Below are positions 50,413 to 63,055 of a stretch of 64,000 nucleotides of DNA, one piece after another. The notes under the pieces are model-generated. The model saw only the letters and a program-made list of their open reading frames with translations, was not told the origin of the DNA and did not search any database. The number at the start of each line of letters is the position of its first letter. The first letter of the stretch is position 1. Both the position numbers and the translations under genes were made by a program. The stretch comes from Phoronis australis (lineage: Eukaryota > Animalia > Phoronida). The stretch covers positions 430,879-494,878 of the forward strand of contig NMRA01000248.1 of assembly GCA_002633005.1 (NCBI GenBank), read 5' to 3'.

Positions 50413-52117
50413 CCCACGCCAGCGTTTGCGGAAATTTTGTTTGTTTCTATTGGTGGTCTGGTGTTAGGACTAAGACAGTGTCTCGGTTGCTGACGATGTC
50501 GCGTCTTCGTAAGTTACGTTCACTCTCACCCACAGATCATTATTCCACAGGTTTCATTATTGATTTATATCAGATACCAGTATTATGAAAATAATAATAT
50601 AACTGAGATGGCTAATTTTATGTGGGCCCGTCAACTTCGCGCTTGTGTATTTAGACGTGTATTCAGGTGGTCACGAAGTCGAGATTTGCTCCGTGACTTG
50701 TCCACCAGCGACACTTTTCGTCGTTCGTTCACCGCAGACCTCTACTAAATGTGCTTCAAGCAGATCGTTAAAGGTCTACGCTATCCTTCGCGACCAACAT
50801 ATTCCTAGGACACGATGGCGGAATATTGTAGTGTTTACTTGTTCCCGCGTCCTGGGGCCTGCTTCTCGAAGATACTATTGGCCTTTATCTTCTGATTTTA
50901 TCCAAACGTTGTTTCTTTTTTCTTCTGCGTTTCTCGAAACGTTTCGTCTTCTGCCTGGCTAGTTGAGCAGACTACGGATTTCTATCTTTTAACTCTGAGC
51001 TGCAAAAAGATTTTCTGACTTCATTCAGCCGTAGCCGGTTTTTGTGAAACGGACTAAGCCATCGTTGACTAATTTTTAGCCGAAAGTCAAAAAAATCAAC
51101 AGACTCTTCGATAAACAAGCATAAGGTTGTCTGGATTGCTTGATTGACTCCTTGGAACGGCAACCATTTTGTGGGGACCGGGAACGCNCATCGGGCAATG
51201 CGGTCAGCACAATTGCACATGAGTCTGGCGCCGCGCTTTCTTTGATCCTGGTACAAGCCGCTCAGAAGGACGAGCGTTGAAAATTCCCGCACATTTTTAG
51301 AAATGCGTGACTTCCTAGTAACCGCATTATTCACGATATAGCCCACGCCAGCGTTTGCGGAAATTTTGTTTGTTTCTATTGGTGGTCTGGTGTTAGGAAT
51401 AAGACAGTGTCTCGAGTTGTTGACGATGTCGCGTGTTCGTAAGTTACGTTCACTCTCACCCACAGATCATTATTCCACAGGTTTCATTATTGATTTATAT
51501 CAGATACCAGTATTATGAAAATAATAAAATAACTGAGATGGCTAATTTTATGTGGGCCCGTCAACTTCGCGCTTGTTTATTTAGACGTGTATTCAGGTGG
51601 TCACGAAGTCGAGATTTGCTCCGTGACTTGTCCACCAGCGACACTTTTAGTCGTTCGTTCACCGCAGACCTCTACTAAATGTGCTTCAAGCAGATCGTTA
51701 AAGGTCTACGCTATCCTTCGCGACCAACATATTCCTAGGACACGATGGCGGAATATTGTAGTGTTTACTTGTTCCCGCGTCCTGGGGCCTGCTTCTCGAA
51801 GATACTATTGGCCTTTATCTTCTGATTTTATCCAAACGTTGTTTCTTTTTTCTTCTGCGTTTCTCGAAACGTTTCGTCTTCTGCCTGGCTAGTTGAGCAG
51901 ACTACGGATTTCTATCTTTTAACTCTGAGCTGCAAAAAGATTTTCTGACTTCATTCAGCCGTAGCCGGTTTTTGTGAAACGGACTAAGCCATCGTTGACT
52001 AATTTTTAGCCGAAAGTCAAAAAAATCAACAGACTCTTCGATAAACAAGCATAAGGTTGTCTGGATTGCTTGATTGACTCCTTGGAACGGCAACCATTTT
52101 GTGGGGACCGGGAACGC
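50260..52117. repeat. ~0.93-kb near-identical tandem duplication (50260-51187 / 51189-52117) joined by one N; probable uncollapsed haplotypes
   Basis: Both copies run CATCGGGC.ATGCGG ... GGGACCGGGAACGC, with N at 51188. Confidence 0.9.
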
Positions 52118-53479
52118 TGAACAACAATTACGACACACCTTCGCATCAGATTCAGGGAGTGTGACCGTAGTCCAATACTAGAGTTATTAATAGACTCGGG
52201 GATTCTGTTTAGTAACCATTTACAGAACGGAATGCATTGTCCCCTGTTGAGCTATTGACTTGTCAGCGATGATCTGGCCTTGTCTCAGGGAACCTGATGA
52301 AAAGCAATTGCTGGTATCAGGGGTTTCAAAGACGAAGACTAAAGGTATGTATTTGACATAACGCCGTTATATTCAATTTATTAATTTTCTGCAATGGCAA
52401 CAATACTCAATTAAAAATATCTGTTGGTCTACCGCGAGGCGCACTATAGCATGGGCCGCGCACCTTAGGGCGGGGAGGGATTGATGGCTATAGCCCTCCA
52501 CTTTTCTCAGTGCTGCGCCACCCATGAATTGTAAATCCCCGGCCTACGTGTAGACCTGAAGGCGTTGTTCTGAACATGCTCAAACCGACTGTCGGATGAT
52601 ACTGGAAAACACGAATTGTGAAGTTCTAAGGTGTCGCACCACGTGTGTAGACTAACGTATATGTTTCTAATACAAAGTCTGTGCTTAAAGTTGGATTTAG
52701 CTGGCTGAAAGCGAAAGTGAAATGGGGCCTTTTATTCCGTTAAAAGGTGATAAGAAACTACCAGCGACTCGAGGTACTTCCGAGTATATAGGGCATGGTT
52801 AGTCTTAAAATTGCGAATTCGAAAATGGCGCGCGTGCGCATAGCATGTAACTTGAGTTGGAGACTCGTTCTGGGCAACAATTAAGGACGTGGTCATGCTT
52901 TGGAAACGTTAAGAGCTTCAGTCAAGAATTCAACATTAACATCACTGTAACGAGATAAACAGACTATATTGAAATACTGGAAGTGGTTCTCTGGTACTGA
53001 AACAGCATAAAATCTGCTCACCAAGTATTTTTTGGATTGTTCGTAAATTTTTTTAACTTCTGTTCACGTGAATGCCTTTTCTTTTTTCTTTTTCAAATTT
53101 CAAAAAACGATCTGTCATCTCCTCGACGCTTCGTTGATTTTTCTTCCCCAAGGCAAAACATGTCTCCTTATTTGGTATGCAGGGCCGTAGGAAGCGAGGG
53201 GGGAGGGGGCGGGGGGGGGTACGTGCCCCCCAAAAATTTTCAGGCGTCTGGGTTAAACCGTGGCAACCGACATAGGCGTGGTGCCGGGGGCAGTCGAGAA
53301 AAGAAAGACTGCGAAAAACGGATAAGAGGGAAAATTCAAGAGAACATTTAACAAATCTGCATCAGTGCATGGTTTACCTTTTGAGGACCCTGGCCAGGAC
53401 ACTGTCGTTTGGGTCTTCGCTTTTGCGGCACATGTCGTCTAAACGCACACATATATTTCGAAAAATCGAGAAAATTTGT

Positions 53480-54050
53480 AAAGCGAAGCTTTTGCGGAGC
53501 GTACTAATTAACTGGATGTTTAAATCCAACAAGTCAATTTTGCGAATGCAAAACTACATTTTTTCCAGAGGCCCCTCTCTGGCAAAGGATAACGGAGACA
53601 ACTTTGGCTTTATTTTTTTCTCGAAACTGTATGTCACTTGAGAAAAACTGATGACCTGACAGATAACTTCAATTGCTGCGCATTTCCTGATATTTGAAAA
53701 TATTGACATTTTCATATTTAGGCGCCCCGCCCTTGAAGGAAGTCATTGAAGACATTCAAGTGGCCACCTTTTTGTATTTTTATTGATAAAATCTTACGGG
53801 GCCGGTCACTTAGAGAGAGCCCAATGTTGGAATCGATTACTTCTATTTTCCTGTTTTGTGTGAAATCGTGGTTTCATGTTGAAGGAGGTCACTCCTTTCA
53901 TCGTTTTGGGACCACACGACGATGGGATGAACTGTCACTTTTTTCAAGCTTAATGATGTTTAGCCTTTCATCTTACGTGCCCCATTTCAGACGGTGCCCT
54001 CTGTCGGTGGAGCAGTTCGGGGTGAATGTCCCTTTATCCCTCTATATACA
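53480..54050 (+). repeat. Duplicated block A' (empty site for the 30274 MITE)
   Basis: Colinear with 30119-30840 but without the 135-bp insertion. Confidence 0.85.
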
Positions 54051-55194
54051 TGTATATGTGCGCGTGCAGGACAAGTGTACACAGGCACTATACTGATCTG
54101 CGCGCGCACAAGTGTACACAGGCACTATCCGCGCATGCACGACAGGTGTATATGGTTGGTAAAATTTATTATAAATGATTCTTTAAAAAAGATTAATTTC
54201 GACTATTTCTAAGAATGGTATGACATGTTATAAGATGTTGATAAGTATATTAACGAATGGTGTAACATAAGATCTAAGTTTTTTCATCAGCCCTCGTTAT
54301 TTATACGAATTCTTGTCACTGACCAAAAACGACCTAAAGAATAATGCTGTACACGATGATCAGACTGACATATGTGAACGATGATCAGTCTCATCTGAAT
54401 TCATATCAACCAAAATGGAGGTACAAGATTTTTACACAAGCATTACTTATTCTAAGTTTAGAAAATATGATTACTACAGTGAAGAAGACGAACAGTACAC
54501 AATCTAATGTCTATTTTGTTACGTCCAATTTCATTAAGATTGACGGTAAATATAAGGGCCAAAACTAAACCTTTGAACTAGCAAGGAGCAATGTATAATG
54601 CATACAGAAGAATGCAACAGTCAGAGCACGGACTCCTGTGTACATCCTGAGGGGCGTACATGTAGCTAGGATGGAGGGAGATTTGTCTCGTGTGTAACCC
54701 TCTCCGGAAGGGAGGGGGGAGGGAGAGGCGACACAACAATTCGTGATGATCGGTATTAAACATTTTAGCATCAGAAATATTACATAGATTCATTCAAGTA
54801 AGTCAGGCAAAAGCATTTTAATTAATATTCCACTGGTGCCACCTGCCGCCCCAAAGGGTTGTACCAGAGGGTTCCAGTTCACTCCCGCCCTGCAGCCATT
54901 CTATTACTGCTCATGAATTTCTGTAATTACATCACGTTTCGTCTCTTATAGTTGCTAAACCTAAATAGAAACATCAGAACGTTCTAGAAACCATGTGTAG
55001 TTAGTTGTTGCAACAAGAGTGGGGTTACATATATCAAACTTGACAAATATCTGTGCCGTTGGCGCATTAAAATATTAAATACTGAATGACGTAAATATGA
55101 ACATGTGTCTTAAAACGCTATTCAATATTGCCACAAGTCAAACTTTAATAATTCTGCTATAAAAACCAATGATTGCCTAAAAGTATTTCTGACC

Positions 55195-56105
55195 CTATCC
55201 GATCCCAAAATAGTAAAGTACACTAAGACGATTTTTGCACATCTGAAATAACTCTCAAAGGCATTGATGAAATTCGTGCACACACACACCCCACACCGTA
55301 GATAGAAAATACGTTTTAAAAATCCTTATATAAATAAAATTAAACTCATTTTTTTGGAAAGGTTGTCTTCGCAGTTCCTTGGTGTTTTTAGTTTCCAGTA
55401 GTATTGAGCAATGAATTTTTGTTCTTCAAAACTGAATTAATTGCTTTCCCTGTTTCGGCATGCACGTCATCACTGACGTATCCACGTTAAAAATATGATG
55501 TAACCATGCAGTAGGCCACGCAGACTCAGTGATAACCACAAGAATTGAACTGCAAGCGATCAGGAAGTGTATACATTTTTGGGACCCTTCAGTTTTCCCC
55601 AGCCACTAGAAACTGGACTGCCGGTCGTGTTTCAACTAGGGATTTTGACGGAACCAGCCCCAAAGGCACTATACCAGGTACTTCGGGGCCTCACCTTTTC
55701 AAAAACAAACTCTTTCAAAGAATGACCATAATAAAATAAAGTTTTCCCGAAACTGGATCACAACAAAACGAATCTTGACCTTAGAACGAACGCAGATGGC
55801 CGGTACGAGCTAAGCTGCCTGTCTCAAGTGAATCACACCTGAGCTGACCAGCAACTAGCTTTAGTTCATCGGGAGTTTCGTATTTTCACACCGTTGGATC
55901 TCAACTATAGCTACTTGAGGCAGCTCCTCGCTACAGGTCAGTGTACTGGTCCTAGCCCCACTCTTACTCTCCGTGTTGGTTCACGGTTACTCAACTCTTA
56001 ATGGCTGGATCCCCGGAATAGTCCCAGCGGAGGCGGTGGCGATGGGGGAGATATTTGGCGACTTCGAAATGGTTTTTGCCACTCCCCAAATAATTTTTGC
56101 CTTCC
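55195..56105 (+). repeat. Duplicated block B'
   Basis: Colinear with ~34050-35090. Confidence 0.85.
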
Positions 56106-56264
56106 TACGGGCCTGGTTTGGCAAGACATAGACGAAGCACATTTCACATCTCTTGTTACTGATTATTTTCAGTTATTGGGTTTGCTGACTGCTTTTAGTG
56201 ATAACGATTGCCGCTGGAGGCGCGTTCCAAAACGAGGCTGCCTACGATAGCCCTGGTGGCTTAT

Positions 56265-56407
56265 CCGCGTATAGTTGTACTCCGCGTTCGTTGCTCGAAC
56301 AGCTAGAAAAAATACGGACACTCTGTTTTACAATCCCTAAGGACGTTGGGATTTGGAAGCGTTGGGTCCTTGCCATACGCCGCGACGAAGGAAAATATGT
56401 CCGTGTA
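56265..56407 (+). pseudogene. Decayed THAP zinc-finger N-terminal fragment (probable DNA-transposon relic), copy 1
   Basis: Reads CFTIPKDVGIWKRWVLAIRRDEGKYVRV, matching the THAP F.PKD...R..W...IRR motif. The upstream C..CSN part is frameshifted. Confidence 0.6.
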
Positions 56408-56737
56408 AAACTTATAACTGTTTTCGAATCATAATTTGTCGCATCTCGCCATAGCAACGACTAGAGGACCGGAGAATCTTCGGCCAGCCAGGCTGTGTTT
56501 TCATGACTATGGGTTGAAGCGCGGGATGCATTTTTCTTAACAAAAAGGACAGGACCCTCAATCCCTCAAGTTTGGGGCCAAATATCGTCCCTATTCCCCT
56601 CTCAAAAATATTGAAAAATCACGCGAAATCAGTTCCCGGCCACGAGGCCTAAAAATCCCCTTTGTGATTGAAAATTTCTCTCCAACGGTTCAAATCACCG
56701 ATGACCACAGAAGTGACAATTTGAAAAAGTACAAAAT

Positions 56738-57044
56738 CATAGGCGGACTTAGGGAGGGGGGGCAGGAGCCCTCCTTGACTGCCGCAAGCAAAATAAACCT
56801 GCAAAACGTGAAGCGGGAGGAAACTTGTACTGAGTTCGAGCTAGGACCGGTAGCGGACGAGGGGGGAAACACATTCCGTTTTATTTTTTTAGTCCAACGA
56901 CAGATTTCCTGAGAAGAAGGTATACATCTTCGGCGCCCGCAACTTCCGGGCCGCCTGCGTGCATACAATCGCGCTTTGGCCCGCTTCTCCGAGGATGTCA
57001 GCCCCTCATCACTAGGCCTATATGGTATCCTAGATCAGCCACTG
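56738..57044. mobile_element. G/C-tract MITE with perfect 5-bp TSD AAAAT
   Basis: Ends are CATAGGCGGACTTAGG ... CCTAGATCAGCCACTG. AAAAT occurs at 56733-56737 and 57045-57049. Confidence 0.8.
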
Positions 57045-57267
57045 AAAATGCTACTTGAGATAGAGCTATGATAGCTTGCAAAAGGGCGGGGTGCTATTGA
57101 TGGTGATCGGGTGGTTTTCACTGACCCGTCACTCGGCGAAACGTTCCTTTCAGAAGGCCGCACACACATGAGGCACCTTTCTCCTCGGATATGAACGAGG
57201 CTTCTGAAGAAACACGATAACTATGCTTGTTCCAGGGGGATCCAGGACTTTGAGTTGGGGTGGGGGG

Positions 57268-57342
57268 NNNNNNNNNNNNNNNNNNNNNNNNNNNNNNNNN
57301 NNNNNNNNNNNNNNNNNNNNNNNNNNNNNNNNNNNNNNNNNN
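57268..57342. other. Assembly gap (N run) flanked by poly-G
   Basis: Read directly. Confidence 0.99.
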
Positions 57343-59729
57343 GGGGGGGGGGGGGGGCTATAGCCCTCCACTTTTTTCAGTGCTACGCCTCACATGGTCT
57401 ATAGGGGATGCATTACAGGGGGCTGAGAGATCTTTAGCCCCACGTTTTTTAGTGCTGCGCCGCCCATGGGTCCACCAATCTGGTGATTGAATAACAGACC
57501 ACAGCGAATTTTTTGTGAAGAAAGGCACGACTGAGGTCTATATTCTGACGGATAAGAGATACTGCCGCCTCACTCGCGGCTGGCGGTCAGTTTTTAGTGT
57601 TGACGCTTACAAAACACATATACGTACCACCTAAACCCATGCTGGGGATCAACTATTAAAAGTAGTAAAACTTTATGGCACGTGTCGATTACGTTGGTGT
57701 TAGGGGGAGAATCCGGTTATCGCGAATTTGCATAAAGACCCAGGTAGAGTTTAGTAGCTGTATCGCGGGAAGAAATATCAAGCCAAAATCACGTGCTGTC
57801 ATTGAAAAGGCACTGCGACATCTCGCTGAATCTCTCGAGATCTTTCTTTTCGAGTGAGGCACTAGCGTTTTTGAATCATATCTGTGCTGTAATCTTTTTG
57901 GTGTCATTCCTCTACAAATCTATAGGACCAAACACCGCGAATTCAATTTGAAACTTATTTGTTTGTTGAGGCTAGAGGATAATATCCGCCAAAATTTCAA
58001 CTAATCCTCTTTATATGGTGGATTCAAGTGGCAATTTATAGCTTCATAAAATGTACTAGCTGTGCATTGAGACCGCCCAGAGGTACCGTTATAAAACGGA
58101 TCTCTGTCTGTTCCTTACTCAAATGAGAAACAATTTCTGTGCGTCATTGCTTGCAACCCTGGTTGTTCACTAATTGTTGCATTACGCGAAACAAAAGAGC
58201 AACCTTTGTGGTTTACCATTTGTGAGACATCAACTCGACGTATGTCAAAGCTTGCAAGTTGGAAAATGGAAACGCATTCAGTTTTGCATGTTTACTTACT
58301 TTGAAATGTATACTGTGCTCTCTTTGTAGATTTTTATAAAAACAGACAGTAGTAAGTCCCCAAACGCCGCTGAGAACAAGTTGCGCAATAATTGATCTTT
58401 TTGCAGTTTGCGATTAATGGAATGTCCGTCTTCTAGGGTAGAGTTCAATAACTATTTCACGGCGAGAAAAATCTTGCGACCAAAATCATGTGCTTTCAAT
58501 GAAAATACACAGCAACATCTCGCTGAATCTCGCGAGATCTACATTTTCTCGCGAGACACTAGCTTTATTGAACTCTACCCAGGCCCTCATTGGGTAGAAG
58601 TGTTGATGGACTTTCTCTGTTTTCATTGGTTAGTTTCATTCCGGATTGGATTGCTGCATCCTTCAATCCATTGTAATGTGATGTATTCGTCTGTCTGTGA
58701 AAATATCAACTCAAACACTGTGAGCATGAGCTGCTGAACCGCTGTTGCATTAGTTATCATGCAGTTATCTGTTTCTGGCTTCATTAATCAAAGGCAAATG
58801 GACTCTTCCGACATATCAACGAGGTATTAATTCCAGCCAATCAGGAAGTGGGGAAAAGTTAAAGCAGATCGCCCTCTAGCTTAGGTCCCAAACATTCGTT
58901 GGAAACAAAAACAGAAGGATGTTGTCGATAAGAACGTCAAGTTTGGAGCATTTACCTTACATCATGGGGGGGGGGGGCAGGGGCCCGGGCTCCCCCCTCT
59001 TGTCTGCCGCAAACAAAATGAAACAGCAACAGCGTGAACAATGACGTCATTATTCTCTAGCGACACCTGGCCAAATTATCTGGTTTTATTTCCGGCAAGT
59101 ACATCGTCTGCTTATCATGGTTGACTGTTGTGTAGTCACAATACACTAACCGGAAACTGAAACAGATGATGTAGGAGAGTGGCCCCTTCTCTAGGATTGT
59201 ACACTAGAGGTGTCTATAATATATGGTTCCAGGTGACCTCTAAGTCGCCGTTGGGTACAAACCAGAAAACTGGAAATATTAAAACCACCTGTTTGAGGAA
59301 AACTAGAATGGTTCTGGTCTGTGTCCGACTAATTTTTGAAACTAGCATCTCAAAACTTGCACCATGTGACGCTGAGTAAAAAGACCCCGATCTATTGCAG
59401 TTGGCACAAAACGACTCTGAACGTAAACAAGGATTCAGATCCGTTGCAGCCAAGGCACCAGGTGGCACTGGGTAGAAAATGGAAGGACCCCAACCCCTGT
59501 CAGCTGGTGACGTTTTGTTTTTGAAAATGTGAACAACTAAAAATACGGCATCCTTTAGAAAAAAAAAAACAAAACAAACCAGAAATGACATCCTTACACT
59601 CAATCCGTGCTTAGAAGATAAGCAGTGTAGAGGGCTGTGTGGATTGACCATTCTTCTGCAAACCAAGATACAACTTTATGACACAACGAGAAAAGGGCTG
59701 AACAACGTTTTGATCTCTACCGGGGGTAC

Positions 59730-60750
59730 CATCAGAAGCTAATCTAGTGAGAATTGATGATGTTTCAGTGAATTTAGTTGCAGTCTGAATTGGAAAAATT
59801 CTACAATGCGATCCCCAAATAGAAAAGTACACTTTGACGGTTTTGGACTATCTAAAATAACTCTCAAAGATAGTATCACAAACCGTAGATGTCTTTGCAC
59901 TTCGTTGATGTTTTTAGTTTCCAGTAGTATTGCGTATTGAAATTTTGTTCTTCAAAACTGAATTTTTTGTTTTTACTGATTCCCGTGCACGTCATGACTG
60001 ACACATTCACGTCGAAAATAAGATGTAGTCGTGCAGTTGGTCGGCGCAGAAATTCAGTACTCCACGGGAACTGAACTCCAGACGTTAAAGTATTACATGT
60101 TTGGAACACACTCTGTATCATTTCCCCAGCCACCAGAAACTGGGCTACTGGTCGTGTTTCAAGGATGGATTTTGAAACAGCCCAAAGGCATTACACTAAG
60201 GACCCCAGGACCTGACCTTTTCAAAAAAGTCCTTCAAAGAATGACCATATGAAGTAGTTTTCCCGAAACTAGATCACAGTCGGCCAGCGCAGACGGCCGG
60301 TACGAGCTGCCTGTCTCAAGTGAATCATAGTTGAGCTGACCAGCAACTAGCTTTACTTCATTGGGAATTTCGTATTTTCACACTGTTCCTGAAGATTTCA
60401 GCTACAGTTACACGAGTGCAACCAGGCTTCAATATTGGGGGACGGGGGNNNNNNNNNNNNNNNNNNNNNNNNNNNNNNNNNNNNNNNNNNNNNNNNNNNN
60501 NNNNNNNNNNNNNNNNNNNNNNNNNNGGGGCTCGTCAGTGCACTTGTCCTAGGTCCATTTTTACTTTCCGTGTTTGTTCACGGTTACTCAACCCAGGATT
60601 GCCCCCCAACTAGGGCGGACGTGGGATGTACAAATATGGTAGCATCGTGAGCACGTGGGGCTGGGGGTACGTGGGGGCTGAGGTGGAGGCGATGGGGTGG
60701 GGGATTGGCGAAGTCGAAATGGTTTGGGCTCCCCAATAATTTTTACCTTC
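59730..60750 (+). repeat. Duplicated block B'' (empty site for the 34828 MITE; includes an N gap at 60449-60526)
   Basis: Colinear with 33975-35090 with deletions. Confidence 0.8.
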
Positions 60751-63055
60751 TGAACATTTCATAACATCCGTAAAATACGAGCTTAAATTTACTAGCGTAA
60801 AATTATGATTCTAAAGTATTACGAGCGAAAAATACAAGCGTAAAATCACCAGCGTACAACTTCTTCAGGACTCGCGTGACCTACAGACCAATTTCTCATA
60901 CGATAAAGTGATTGCGGTCGTAAAACACGAGCGAAGTCTTTGTCATAACCCCGAGCGTAATTACGCGCCTCACTTTCATCCGAATGGCCCACGACGGCAA
61001 CTTACCTGAATCAGTTACGCAACTGGTGTGCTTGGTCATTAAGTAGAGCAATGCTGTCGCCATCAAACTTTACGATGACATACGGAGACAGTGAAAACGG
61101 CTTTGCAAATATCAAAGCACTTTGCATTGGTTAAAGAAACCAAAACTTTTACCTTTTTAAGACAAAAGGTTTAATTTCTTTAACCAGTACGAAACAAGGC
61201 CGTCTTTGAGACAAATGTCGCCTGATCGCTTTCTATCGCCACGAATCACGTGCAATATGCATATCTGTCAATACCTCGTCACCCCTCCTGATATTGCCTC
61301 TTCCAGGTAAACAAAGGTATGTGTATAAGGTACTTTATCTCATAAGTCAAGACGCAAACTTGTTTTCAACCTGCTAGTAGAGGTGTAATAAAAGTTGAAA
61401 CCAGAGACTATTTTAAGGTAGGTTCTGACCAAAATTGTTTCATTCATGGTTACATGGATAATTGGTATTCATATAATCAAATCTACTCACTGACATTAAT
61501 CTTGTGCCTCAGAAAAAGAATTTAAACTATCCTTTGAAGTAAAGGCTTGCATGATTGTACTGTAGCCACGCAAGTCTCCGTGCATTTATAAACTACGTGA
61601 AGACAGTCGCAGCACTCATTATTTAAACCCATATTTCGTTCTTCTCATACGATGTTTATGCTTTTTGTTTTCTTTAGACCATTTATTTATCTGTTTAACC
61701 TGGTCGTATCCACGTTGTGCTTATGACACGACGAATATCTTGCCAGTAAACGACGAAAGAATTTAAAAGAAAACCTACGTCACAAAACAAAATTATTCAA
61801 CATTTTTGTGAAATTGTAATCCGTGTTGTTTGGTTTGTCACACGACGCGTGACGTCACAGGTCGAAATAAATGTTTATAGCCACTTCTTCTTTAAGTCGT
61901 TAGGTATAGGAGGGACTTGGGGACGTTTATAGACGGCGCAGCTCACCAGCTTTAAATCAACTTTGACGAGACCTGAGAGGCAGCATTTCTACTCACGCTA
62001 AGTTTCAAAGTTTTCTCAGGACTGCCTTTTCTTCTACTAGGCTGTCACTCAAGAAAGGAGTATTTACCAGTAAACATGATAAGATATACAACATAGACTA
62101 GCGATAACACAGGTGAAGTCTGGTCAGTTAAAATGGAACGCTAAGTTCGTGAAAGGAGCCTCACCTTCACGTAGCGCGTTTCAGTCTCGAACTGTGCTTT
62201 TTTTCTTTAATTTTTGGTTCCATTTTGGCAAATGTTACGGATTATGAATTAAGTATGAAACAGGATGGGGGGGGGGNGGGGGGGGGAGGGTTGGGGTGTG
62301 AACTAATTAACAGCCTGGGAGGAACTTTGCAAATGAACTAGGAGGGTAAATTCAAATTAAAAGACGAAATGAATTTCGTTCGGGGTTATAGGGAGGCATT
62401 GGCACGCTGTTCCTCTGCTTGGCTTCACCAGCAATAATAACACGTTTTATGAAAAAATCCAATTTATGATACTTGAGATAACTGCCACTTTAGAATAAGC
62501 AGCCATTGTTACAAGCACCATTGTCTCAAATACAAGGAATTCAACAGCATAGTAAAATATATTCTAGTCTATAAAACAATTTGATACAGGATAAATCTGT
62601 GCAATTTCCCTCAGTCATCAAAAGTTTGGAACCGGCAATGTTGAAAGCTGTTTGCAAAGTTTATCAAATTGGCAACGAGGCTTACGTATTCAACTGAAAT
62701 TAATTGACGACTGTGGGAAGGATCACCTGCCGCGAGACACAAGATTCACTTCACATATTGAAGTGTTTTAGCTGAATAATGATTTTATTTCTCACAACTA
62801 CGTACTGATTATACAAAAATAAGCGACAGAAACAGCTCTTAATGAAATCAAAGCAACAAGGTTTCAGTAGTTAATATTTTAGAAGAATTGAGTTCATCCA
62901 CTGAGATGGTCGTTTTACCTTCAATCGCGATTGCTTAAATGAGATAAGTTAGCTTCTGTGAAACTCAGCACGAGGCACTATAGCGCGTGTAAACCACACA
63001 CTATAGTACCACGGACCACCAACTCCGTAATACTTTCAACTGAAGACCCTACTCA

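Larger units (their letters stand above)
56212..57207 (+). repeat. Duplicated block D (paralog at 63056-64000)
   Basis: GGCGCGTTCCAAAACGAGGCT ... GGATATGAACGAGGC is shared with 63056-64000. Confidence 0.9.

Noticed and set aside
50972-51463. 163-aa minus-strand ORF, the longest in the track
   Set aside because: It is chimeric across the N join at 51188 between two duplicate copies and has no domain similarity.
52289-52344. Possible + strand exon (EPDEKQLLVSGVSKTKTK, donor AAG|GTATGT)
   Set aside because: The splice signals are plausible, but there is no recognisable homology and I could not link partner exons.
57240-62300. Poly-G tracts as functional G-quadruplexes
   Set aside because: Most lie in or beside repeat elements and adjoin N gaps, so their true length and sequence are unreliable.
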